Source: Octopus sinensis | Taxonomy: Eukaryota | Direction: 5' to 3' | Assembly: GCF_006345805.1 (NCBI RefSeq) | Contig: NW_021833049.1 | Location: forward strand, 1-64,000 | Length of the DNA stretch: 64,000 nt | Shown: positions 37,784 to 51,440 of the stretch, in pieces | Position numbering within the stretch: the stretch's first letter is position 1 | How the letters are laid out: each line of letters begins with the position of its first letter | Made by a program: the position numbers and the translations under genes | The notes under the pieces: generated by a model | What the model saw: the letters and a program-made list of their open reading frames with translations, nothing else | Database searches by the model: none | Told to the model about the DNA's origin: nothing

Positions 37784-39300
37784 AAGGGAATATTCATTCT
37801 GGGGTGGCATGAATTGAAAGGAAGATATTGCTTATAATCCGTAGGCTTGTAGCATATATCTGTTTCTATTACATTATTAGATTTCTTAATGAGGATGCCG
37901 AGGAAGGGGAGTTGTTGCTGGCTAAATTCCATCGTGAATTGGATGTTTACGTCCAGTCCATTTAAAATTGCTTGGAATTCTTTGAGTTTCTCAATATTTT
38001 CATGCCAAAGGATGAAACAGTCATCTAGGTATCTCTTCCAGTTGTTTTCTATGTAGAGGGAAAAAGGGCTGCCATATCTTTCTAGAACCTTACGATACAG
38101 ACTGATTTCTAGATATCCCATGACTAGGTTGGCAAAGGAGGGGGCCATTCGCGTACCCATCGCAGTCCCCGATTTTTGTCGGTAGAAGTTGTCTTTGAAG
38201 GCGAAGTAGTTATTTTCCAGGATGAATTTAACCCCTTCTATCACGAATTCTTTTTTGATGCGATGTGGGAGTTCGTTGGCGTGATTCTCTAGCCAGAATT
38301 GAATTGCCTCTATTCCTAGGTTGTGGGGGATATTGGAATAGAGGTTGACTACATCGAAGGATACTAGTAGGGTGTTTTTGTTTATAGTATTAGGTAGGTG
38401 ATTGAGCATATCCAGGTCGTCCCTTATATAGCTTTTGACATGTTTGAGGAGTGGTTTTAAGAGGGTATCTAAAAAGTTACTCAGGCGGTGGGTTTCGCAT
38501 GCGGGACCTGCTATTGTAGGTCTCAATTTGAGGTCATTAGGATTAGGGACTTTAATTATTTTGTCTGGTTATCTTGCATGCATTACTTATTTTCTCACTT
38601 TTGTGTATCTTGGGAATACCGTAGAATTGACTGGTTTTACTTGTGAAATTGGTCATATAGTCATATTCTTTGTCGGTGAGCCCTTCTTTGTATGGGGTTA
38701 ACATGGATTTTAGATCCCTCATTATTTTTTGTTGACTGTAGTTTTGTGCCTTTCCATAATATGTTGTGTCTTCCAACATAGATAGTACTAAAGTTATGTA
38801 AAATGTCGTGTCCATTAAAACAACTGTACTCCCTTTATCGGCCTCTTTGATTGTTATTGCTTTGTCATTTTTTAATTTGTTCAGCTCAGCCCATCCTTTT
38901 TTGCTGAAGTTTGGTTTGGGTTTTTGTTTGTGCATGTGTTGATATGGGTAATTCGAGATGTGTTCACAGAAACGATTAAGTGTTTTGTTCTTACCTTTTG
39001 AGGGGGTGTAGATACTCCTATTTCTGACCAACGATTCGTCCTCGTTGAATTTGTCATATAGCTCCTCAGTAAGTCGTAATTTTCTACAGAATTCTGCGAT
39101 GTCTTCTTTCATTTCATTGTAGTTGGGGTGTTGTGGGGTGGGTGTAAACTTGAGTCCTTTGGAGAGTATATTTATTTGGTTTGCTATTAGTTCATTGTGA
39201 GTTAGATTAATAATTTTTATCACTTTTGGTTCCTCCTGCCTGTTTGGTGCTATCTTGTGTCTCTGTGTTTGCATATTGGGTCTAAAAAATGAATGCGGTG
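37783..39300 (-). mobile_element. Penelope-like RT, lacking GIY-YIG, one frameshift
   Basis: LSKGLKFTP, IKEADKG, FYGIPKIHK, RPTIAGP, SFDVVNLYSNIP, GTAMG, RYLDD, KPTD. Confidence 0.93.
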
Positions 39301-39379
39301 GCTGGGACGGTAGCCATTATATAGTTGTTCCTTATATATATACTCACACATACACACAAACATACACACACACACACAT

Positions 39380-40340
39380 ATACACACTGCAGATATAAAA
39401 ACAGAGGCAATGATGATTGATTACATCAATATAAAGGAAGACGATGTAATAAGGGCTATAGATGAAACGAACCCAAACTCAGCTACTGGCCCTGATGGAT
39501 TCCCAGTAATCCTTCTAAAAGTATGTAAGCAAGTCCCTCTCTCAGAGCTTCCTTGCAAAACTAAATGCAATACCCATTAAATACACTGGACCTGGAGGGA
39601 CTGCAATCCCAGAGGCACAGTCAGTGCGAGACCTGGGCATTTACATGAGTAATGAAGTAACCTTTCATGTGCATGTTGCTAAACTGGCTATGAAATGTAG
39701 GTAGCTGACCGGATGAATTCTTAGAATTTCAGAACAAGAGATCAGGAAACCATAATGGTGCTGTGGAGGACACTTGTCCTAAGCCACTTTGACTATTGCT
39801 CCCACCTATGGTCACCAACAAGTGTCAAATTAATCTCAACTTGAGGCAATCCAATGAAGCTACATGAAGAAGATAACCTCTATGCAGCATATAAGCTATT
39901 GGGAAAGACACAAAAGATTAAGACTCTTTTCTTTAGAGTGTAGGCAAGAAAGATATGCCATAATATACATCTGGAAGATCCTGGAAGGACTTGTCCCAAA
40001 TTTTGGCATCGAGAGTTACACAAATACTAGAACTGGGCGCCACTGCATAGTGCCAAGGACTCCAAATTTGCTATCAAGATATAGGGGCAAGATACTGCAA
40101 TAGCCTGGGCTTCAAAGGTCCATGGCTCTTCAATATCCTCTTGAAGGACCTGAGAAACCTGCATGGGGTGGATCTTGGTGTCTTCAAAATAAGGCTGGAC
40201 CTCTTACTGTCAAGTGTCCCAGATGAACCAACTTTGTGGCAGGAGGTGCAGATGAGGGCAGCTACATCAAACTGTCAATTCCTAAAAAGCATTTGTGAAT
40301 TAAAATTATGTAGCAACATCAAAGAGCGGTGCCCCAGTAC
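39380..40340 (+). mobile_element. CR1/L2-like LINE ORF2 3' remnant
   Basis: NSATGPDGFP, SVRDLGI, DYCSHLWSP, RQERYAIIYIWKILEGLVPN. Confidence 0.85.
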
Positions 40341-40375
40341 AGCTTGTGTGCCGAAACTAGACATAAAAACAATTA

Positions 40376-40438
<63 letters not shown>

Positions 40439-40737
40439 ATACATATATGCATATATATATGTGTGTGTGTATATATATAATATATATATATGTATATATA
40501 TATATCTCGTCTTCGTTCCAAGGAGTACAAATTGAGTTCCCTAAGCCTCTCCTAATAGTTCTTTTCTTTCATGGTGGAAATCCTCTTGGTGAAATGTCTT
40601 TGGATTGTCTCAAGCTCTGTGGTTAGTTTGACACTATGCGGTGACCACAGTTGGGAGCAGTAGTCCAGGCGGCTTAGGACAAATGTCCTCCATAGTGTCA
40701 ACATGGTCTCGCCGTCTCTTGTCCTGAGAACATTCCG

Positions 40738-43800
<3,063 letters not shown>

Positions 43801-43957
43801 TATATATATATATGTATATATGTATATATATATGTATATATATATATATGTATGTATATATGTATATATATGTATACATATATATATATATATGTATACA
43901 TATATATATATATATGTATGTATATATGTATATATATGTATATATATATATAAATGT

Positions 43958-43991
<34 letters not shown>

Positions 43992-44271
43992 ATTTCAACA
44001 ATTGAGGGTAAAATTAATTAATTAATCATTTCACCAAGTATTCAGTATGCAAAGGGACCATTTAAGGCGAATTCAAATTATTACATTATAAAAGGGCTTA
44101 GTAAAATAAATTACTTTGCCGCATACTGAACTCATTAGAAATAGCAGCTAAAAAAACTTTTTTAAAACTATTTCCAATACTTAAAGAAAACCTCTCTCAT
44201 ATAGGGTCTGCTCAATTCAACTCACGAAAGTATGGGGGTAGAGACATTAAAAAATCAAATGCAAAGGTTAT

Positions 44272-44324
44272 TGAGAACGTACGTTTCAAGATTAGTCAAA
44301 ATCGACACTTCTATCATCAGCTCA
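44272..44324 (-). ncRNA. Type I hammerhead ribozyme (555-bp family)
   Basis: UGAG-CUGAUGA-U-AGA..GUC-gauuuu-GAC..UCU-U-GAAA-CGUAC-GUU/CUCA. Confidence 0.8.
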
Positions 44325-44826
44325 GAACTCCTGGTTTGGATTTGAAAACACTGAAAGTGGGAGCATACCCTTTCGGCTTGTTATCGCTTCTGAAGATCTG
44401 CTCGAAACTAACACTGCCAACAAACTCAAATATGCAAGCGAAGATTTCTGCTCTCCCCTTTCCACCAGCGTGGGTTAAAATCAGTAAACACTATGCTTTT
44501 TTCGGTAAAATCCGAGGCATTTAAATAGAGAGAGATGAATTATAATTTCAACAATTGAGGGTAAAATTAATTAATTAATCATTTCACCAAGTATTCAGTA
44601 TGCAAAGGGACCATTTAAGGCGAATTCAAATTATTACATTATATAAAAGGGCTTAGTAAAATAATTACTTTGCCGTATACTGAACTCATTAGAAATAGCA
44701 GCTAAAAAAACTTTTTTAAAACTATTTCCAATACTTAAAGAAAACCTCTCTCATATAGTGTCTGCTCAATTCAACTCACGAAAGTATGGGGGTAGAGACA
44801 TTAAAAAATCAAATGCAAAGGTTATT

Positions 44827-44879
44827 TGAGAACGTACGTTTCAAGATTAGTCAAAATCGACACTTCTATCATCAGCTCA
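44827..44879 (-). ncRNA. Type I hammerhead ribozyme (555-bp family)
   Basis: Identical motif. Confidence 0.8.
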
Positions 44880-45427
44880 GAACTCCCTGGTTTGGATTTG
44901 AAAACACTGAAAGTGGAGCATACCCTTTCGGCTTGTTATCGCTTCTGAAGATCTGCTCGAAACTAACAGTGCCAACAAACTCAAATATGCAAGCGAAGAA
45001 TTTCTGCTCTCCCCTTTCCACCAGCGTGGTTAAAATCAGTAACACTATGCTTTTTTCGGTAAAATCCGAGGCATTTAAATAGAGAGAGATGAATTATAAT
45101 TTCAACAATTGAGGGTAAAATTAATTAATTAATCAATTTCACCAAGTATTCAGTATGCAAAGGGACCATTTAAGGCGAATTCAAATTATTACATTATATA
45201 AAAGGGCTTAGTAAAATAAATTACTTTAAATGCCTCGGATTTTACCGAAAAAAGCATAGTGTTTACTGATTTTAACCCACGCTGGTGGAAAGGGGAGAGC
45301 AGAAATTCTTCGCTTGCATATTTGAGTTTGTTGGCACTGTTAGTTTCGAGCAGATCTACAGAAGCGATAACAAGCCGAAAGGGTATGCTCCCACTTTCAG
45401 TGTTTTCAAATCCAAACCAGGGAGTTC

Positions 45428-45480
45428 TGAGCTGATGATAGAAGTGTCGATTTTGACTAATCTTGAAACGTACGTTCTCA
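45428..45480 (+). ncRNA. Type I hammerhead ribozyme (555-bp family)
   Basis: tgagctgatgatagaagtgtcgattttgactaatcttgaaacgtacgttctca. Confidence 0.8.
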
Positions 45481-45985
45481 AATAACCTTTGCATTTGATT
45501 TTTTAATGTCTCTACCCCATACTTTCGTGAGTTGAATTGAGCAGACACTATATGAGAGAGGTTTTCTTTAAGTATTGGAAATAGTTTTAAAAAAGTTTTT
45601 TTAGCTGCTATTTCTAATGAGTTCAGTATGCGGCAAAGTAATTTATTTTACTAAGCCCTTTTATATAATGTAATAATTTGAATTCGCCTTAAATGGTCCC
45701 TTTGCATACTGAATACTTGGTGAAATTGATTAATTAATTAATTTTACCCTCAATTGTTGAAATTATAATTCATCTCTCTCTATTTAAATGCCTCGGATTT
45801 TACCGAAAAAAGCATAGTGTTTACTGATTTTAACCCACGCTGGTGGAAAGGGGAGAGCAGAAATTCTTCGCTTGCATATTTGAGTTTGTTGGCACTGTTA
45901 GTTTCGAGCAGATCTTCAGAAGCGATAACAAGCCGAAAGGGTATGCTCCCACTTTCAGTGTTTTCAAATCCAAACCAGGGAGTTC

Positions 45986-46038
45986 TGAGCTGATGATAGA
46001 AGTGTCGATTTTGACTAATCTTGAAACGTACGTTCTCA
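45986..46038 (+). ncRNA. Type I hammerhead ribozyme (555-bp family)
   Basis: Identical motif. Confidence 0.8.
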
Positions 46039-46244
46039 AATAACCTTTGCATTTGATTTTTTAATGTCTCTACCCCCATACTTTCGTGAGTTGAATTGAG
46101 CAGACACTATATGAGAGAGGTTTTCTTTAAGTATTGGAAATAGTTTTAAAAAAGTTTTTTTAGCTGCTATTTCTAATGAGTTCAGTATGCGGCAAAGTAA
46201 TTTATTTTACTAAGCCCTTTTATATAATATATATATATATATAA

Positions 46245-46282
<38 letters not shown>

Positions 46283-46311
46283 GTATATATATATAAATGT
46301 ATATATATATA

Positions 46312-46353
<42 letters not shown>

Positions 46354-46503
46354 TATATTTATTATCATCATCATACATGTATATATAATATATATACATA
46401 CATATATACACTCACACATATATATAATATATATATATATATATATCTACATGTATATACATATATATATATAATCAAAATAAGCAACAAGAATGACTCC
46501 GGT

Positions 46504-46594
46504 AATTTGGTACGGTCATTTCGTACTACATCATTTTATTAAATGTTGTAAGTATTACAACAGATTTAAAATGCTGAGTACTCATCAGCCAATT
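46504..46594 (-). ncRNA. Type I hammerhead with extended stem II (stem III mutated)
   Basis: Mirror of 47261-47350, with GAAAUGACCGUA instead of GAAACGAUCGUA. Confidence 0.55.
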
Positions 46595-47260
46595 ATAGAG
46601 GTTTTCCATTAATACAAAATTTCCATATCATGTGGCAACATTATAGAGAATGTAGATATATAGACAAAGATGTGGATTTAAATTTTAAGAACTTTTGAGG
46701 TAGTGGAGCCCATCAACTGACTGACTAAGATTTGGTTGTTCCAGACTACTGTAAGGTTGTGAGAGGGAAGAATAAGTGGAAGGACACAATCAACATTTCC
46801 TAATTATAGAAATGGGGTAAAGGGGGTTTCAGAGCTCCATATAAGGAATTTATGTGGAAGACAGTATTGTCACTACTAAATGCCAATTACTACTATTTGA
46901 TGAACAGATTCAGCGTTAGGAGAACTAGATCAATTTCAAGTTGTCACAATCACATTCACAGAGAGTACAGAGACCTTACAAACCCGATGCACATCAACAC
47001 AACATTTTGGTCTATAAGTTCCAAGTACTTTGACAAGTTAGAATAAAGGAAAAAATATAGTAGTGACAATGCTGTCTCTCAACTTCTCTCACAACCTTAC
47101 AGTAGTCTGGAACAGCCAAATCTTAGTCAGTCAGTTGATGGGCTCCACTACCTCAAATGTTCTTAAAATTTAAATCCACATCTTTGTCTATATATCTACA
47201 CTCTCTATAATGTTGCCACTTGATATGAAAATTTTTGTATTAATGGAAAACCTAATTATA

Positions 47261-47350
47261 ATTGGCTGATGAGTACTCAGCATTTTAAATCTGTTGTAAT
47301 ACTTACAACATTTAATAAAATGATGTAGTACGAAACGATCGTACCAAATT
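47261..47350 (+). ncRNA. Type I hammerhead with long extended stem II
   Basis: AUUGG-CUGAUGA-GUAC-[long hairpin CAUUUUA/UAAAAUG, UGUUGUAA/UUACAACA]-GUAC-GAAA-CGAUC-GUA/CCAA. Confidence 0.82.
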
Positions 47351-47474
47351 ACCGGAGTCATTCTTGTTGCTTATTTTGATTATAATCACCCCACGGATTT
47401 TTATGGATAACACCATACAAAATTCTGGTGCATCTAAATTAAGTACCATATTCATTTGAATCTAATTTTTGCTT

Positions 47475-47572
<98 letters not shown>

Positions 47573-47589
47573 CATATACATACATATAT

Positions 47590-47900
47590 CACCGTGATCA
47601 CCGTGACCGACCAGGCTATCAGATGTTGTTACACATCGCTGGTCACAATGCGCTTCACATTGTTTTAGCCTTCAAATGACGCCACCCCGCTGGCTAAGCG
47701 AGCAGGCCAACAGAAGAAAGAGTGAGAGAAAGTTGTGGCGAAAGAGTACAGCAGGGATCGCCACCACCTCCTGCCGGAGCCTCGTGGAGAATTAGGTGTT
47801 TTCGCTCAATAAACACTCACAACGCCCGGTCTGGGAATCGAAACCGCGATCCTACAACCGCGAATCCGCTGCCCTAACCACTGGGCCATTGCGCCTCCAC
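47590..47900 (-). mobile_element. tRNA-derived SINE (same family as 29395-29767)
   Basis: tggaggcgcaatggcccagtggttagggcagcgg head on the minus strand. Confidence 0.85.
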
Positions 47901-47969
47901 ATATATATACACATACATATATATACACATACATGTATATATACATATATATATATATACATATATATA

Positions 47970-48740
47970 TCATCATCATCATCGTTTAACGTCCGTTTTC
48001 CGCGCTAGCACGGGCTGGATGGTTCGACCGGGGTCTGGAAAGCCAGGGGCTGCACCAGGCTCCAGTCTGATCTGGCAGAGTTTCTACAGCTGGATGCCCT
48101 TCCTAACGCCAACCATTCCGCGAGTGTACTGGGTGCTTTTTACATGCCACCTGCACAGGTGCCAGGGGGTCCGGCATCGGCCATGATCGGTTGGTGCTTT
48201 TAACGTGCCACCGGCACGGAAGCCAGCCAAGGCAGTGCTAGCATCGGCCCCGTCCGAATGGTGCTTTTTATGTGCCACCGGCACAGGTATCACAACTACT
48301 ATTTCCATTGATATTTATTTCGATGCTCATGTACTTGACTCAACAGGTCTCCTCAAGCACAGCGGGTTGTTCTGAAATCCAAGGTACTTTGAATGGGCAG
48401 GGGCTATGCGGAACTGGTGCAGGAAGCAGCCCGGGTCTTTGCAGTCATAGCATATCTCCAGAGATCTCGGTCCTTCGCCATTGCCTCAGTGAGGCCCAAT
48501 GCTCTGAGGTCATGCTTGACTACCTCATCCCATGTCTTCCTGGGTCGACCTCTCCCCCTGATACCTTCAACTGTTTGGGAGTAGCACTTCTTCACACATC
48601 TCTCCTCATCCATCCGCAGTACATGACCATACCATCGCAAGCGTCGCTCTTGCACACCACATCAGATGCTTCTTATGTCAAGCATTTCTCTCAGGGTGCT
48701 TGCACTCTGTCATGCGTGCACACTGACATTACACATCCAG
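47970..48740 (-). mobile_element. RTE LINE 3' end
   Basis: [23 protein letters not shown]...[17 protein letters not shown] plus 3'UTR and tail. Confidence 0.92.
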
Positions 48741-48868
48741 CGGATCATGCTAGCTTCATTCCTTATATATACATACATATATACATATATACATATATAT
48801 ACATATATACATATATATATACATATATATTATATATACATATATATATATTATATATACATATATAT

Positions 48869-48900
<32 letters not shown>

Positions 48901-48923
48901 CATATATATATACATATATAAAT

Positions 48924-48978
<55 letters not shown>

Positions 48979-49027
48979 ATATATATAGTAAATTAATCAA
49001 AATAAAAAACATGATGCCAAGGATTCA

Positions 49028-49104
49028 GCGGTACATATGTTTCGGGCCTTATTAGACGGATTTATAACAATGCATAATGTATGTCTGTGGCATTCTTCAG
49101 CCGC
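49028..49104 (-). ncRNA. Type I hammerhead with extended stem II near the pLTR terminus (left arm)
   Basis: GCGG-CUGAAGA-A-UGCC...GGCC-C-GAAA-CAUAU-GUA/CCGC. Confidence 0.6.
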
Positions 49105-49617
49105 GCACAACAACTTCCACAAGGACATGTATTACATCAAAAATTCTTGGTTGGGGATGCAAATCCTCCCATTCGCGTACGACATAATGCGGCAACAGCA
49201 TAAAAATGAAGCGTCCATCTCGTTCTTCTCTCAATGTAGAATGAGGAAATTTTGATGTTGAAGTATGTAAATTAATTAATAAATAAATATATACATATAT
49301 AAATATATAAATGTAGACAGACGTGAAGGAACCTGGTAATAAGAGTGAATAGAGATAAAGATGGAGGGGCGAGAATTCAGGACGAAGGATAAAAAATATA
49401 TAAAAAAATATATAAAAAGTGTAAGTATATAAAAAAATATAAAAATGTAGAGTGTAAAGATATAAAGAGATATAAAAAATATAAAAGAATATAAATGAAT
49501 ATAAAGGTATAAAGTTATAAAAATAAAAATAGAAATAAAAATAATAAAAAAATAATAAAAGATGTAAAAGAATATAAGGATAAGGGATATATAGTAACAT
49601 AAGGGACATTAGCCATT

Positions 49618-49847
49618 TTAACACTTTTGTTACCATATTTATGTTGAACAATGCTGTTTTTCTTTCTATTAACTTGAAAATTAATGAAGAATATAGTAAA
49701 ATAATTTTGTCATTATTAGGCTGATATCAGGAACATAAATAATTGTGAAATTTTGATAAGAAGTTTTAATGTAAATCACTTTCAAACAGGAGGTGTGTAC
49801 CATAAAATCGAAGGCAGTCTTCTGTGGTTCAAAAACAAAAGGGTTAA
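49618..49847. mobile_element. TTAA-flanked MITE (piggyBac-like termini)
   Basis: ttaacacttttg...caaaagggttaa. Confidence 0.65.
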
Positions 49848-50456
49848 TAGATGTTCAAAGATGGTCTCCTTGATTTTGAAAGAAATGTGCTCATCTGCTG
49901 AGCAGGTGAACTCTATATTATTTTATAATTATACTTGAATGTATAAAAAGAGAGAAAACAGAAAAGAAAAAGAGAAAAAGGATAACAAATTAACTTACGT
50001 AGGAAAAATATATAATGGTTTAGTAGCCTCATCACTGAAGTAAAAGTGTTTTATCCATGGTGCATTTACCTGTTGATAATGATAATAATGATGACGACAA
50101 CAACAACAACAACAGCAGCAGCAGCAGCACCACCACCACCAGCAGCAGTAACAACAACAACAACAACAACAACAACAAGAAGGATGCAAAGACCAACTAT
50201 TAATCCTCATTCAAGGACTTGAGTGGGATGAGCTACTTGATGTGAAGAAAATTCTAATTGGGCTCCACCTGCAAAGTCATGTACTGTTTATCTTGATATG
50301 AGATCACCATGTAGCACACATATGGTTGTGATGCATGTGCCGGTGTACCCTTATCAGATGGGTAGTCATGATGGGTATACTGGGCTTCGTATATTTTACC
50401 CAGTGTCACTTTGATGGCATGCACTGCTCTCTCACTCAATAATAATAATAATAATA

Positions 50457-50503
<47 letters not shown>

Positions 50504-50747
50504 AATAAATGCCCTGATGCAGTACCAGGTAGTGGCTCTCGTGGCTTCTGCTCTTAACTGATTGGAAGTGTTATCATGTACCCTTATCAGACATAAAGAC
50601 ACTCTACATTTGGCTAGGGACAGGGCAGGGCGGAGGGGGTGTTACTGATGCATTTAGCCCCAGGTGATCATCAACGTCACCAGATAGGCTGACACCATCA
50701 CGGTGTCCTCTATCCTGCAAAGGGAGATCATTCCCCGAAGAAGCGGA

Positions 50748-50800
50748 TGCCACATACGGACCCAGGTTTCAAGGTGTTTGCCTATCATCAACGTATGGCA
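50748..50800 (-). ncRNA. Type I hammerhead (357-bp family)
   Basis: UGCCAUACG-UUGAUGA-U-AGG-caaaca-CCU-U-GAAA-CCUGG-GUC/CGUAUGUGGCA. Confidence 0.72.
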
Positions 50801-51387
50801 GGCACCGCTCCTCGACGAACAACTCCCCGAGCAGAATATTTATATATAGATTTTCACGTAAATACATTGACTGATTTCGAAAATCTGTTCGACAGCAATG
50901 ATAATTCTCTAAACGAGATATAGACAGTAACTGCTCCATAACATAAGGGACATGAGCCATTTGAATGTGGCTAGGGACAGGGCAGGGCGGTGGGGGTGTT
51001 ACTGATGCATTTAGCCCCAGACGATCATCAACGTCACCAGATAGGCTGACACCATCACGGTGTCCTCTATCCTGCAAAGGGAGATCATTCCCCGAAGAAG
51101 CGGATGCCACATACGGACCCAGGTTTCACGTGATGGTGTCAGCCTATCTGGTGACGTTGATGATCGCCTGGGGCTAAATGCATCAGTAACACCCCCACCG
51201 CCCTGCCCTGTCCCTAGCCACATTCAAATGGCTCATGTCCCTTATGTTATGGAGCAGTTACTATCTATATCTCGTTTAGAGAATTATTATTGCTGTCGAA
51301 CAGATTTTCGAAATCAGTAAATGTATTTACGTGAAAATCTATATATAAATATCCTGCTCGGGGAGTTGTTCGTCGAGGAGCGGTGCC

Positions 51388-51440
51388 TGCCATGCGTTGA
51401 TGATAGGCAAACACCTTGAAACCTGGGTCCGTATGTGGCA
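51388..51440 (+). ncRNA. Type I hammerhead (357-bp family); predicted cleavage after 51429
   Basis: tgccatgcg-ttgatga-tagg-caaaca-cctt-gaaa-cctgg-gtc-cgtatgtggca. Confidence 0.72.

Larger units (their letters stand above)
43987..46228. mobile_element. Hammerhead-bearing ~555-bp tandem array (retrozyme-like), ~2.2 units then ~1.8 inverted units
   Basis: Unit starts at 43987, 44541 and 45095; inversion near 45225; one HHR per complete unit; flanked by (AT)n. Confidence 0.85.
46472..47385. mobile_element. PLE remnant: ~295-bp inverted pseudo-LTRs around a ~310-bp decayed coding spacer
   Basis: 46472-46770 is the reverse complement of 47085-47385; spacer frame ...HNILVYKFQ.. resembles the start of a PLE GIY-YIG. 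Confidence 0.7.

Noticed and set aside
44392-44420. CTGAAGA-tctgctc-GAAAC in the 555-bp unit as an opposite-polarity hammerhead (would imply viroid-like ambisense ribozymes)
   Set aside because: No stem II, the cleavage triplet would be GUG or absent, and no stem I pairing could be found
44786-46079. ~100-aa ORFs (MGVETLKNQ...) in the 555-bp unit
   Set aside because: Frames differ between copies and show no recognisable domain; repetition reflects the tandem array
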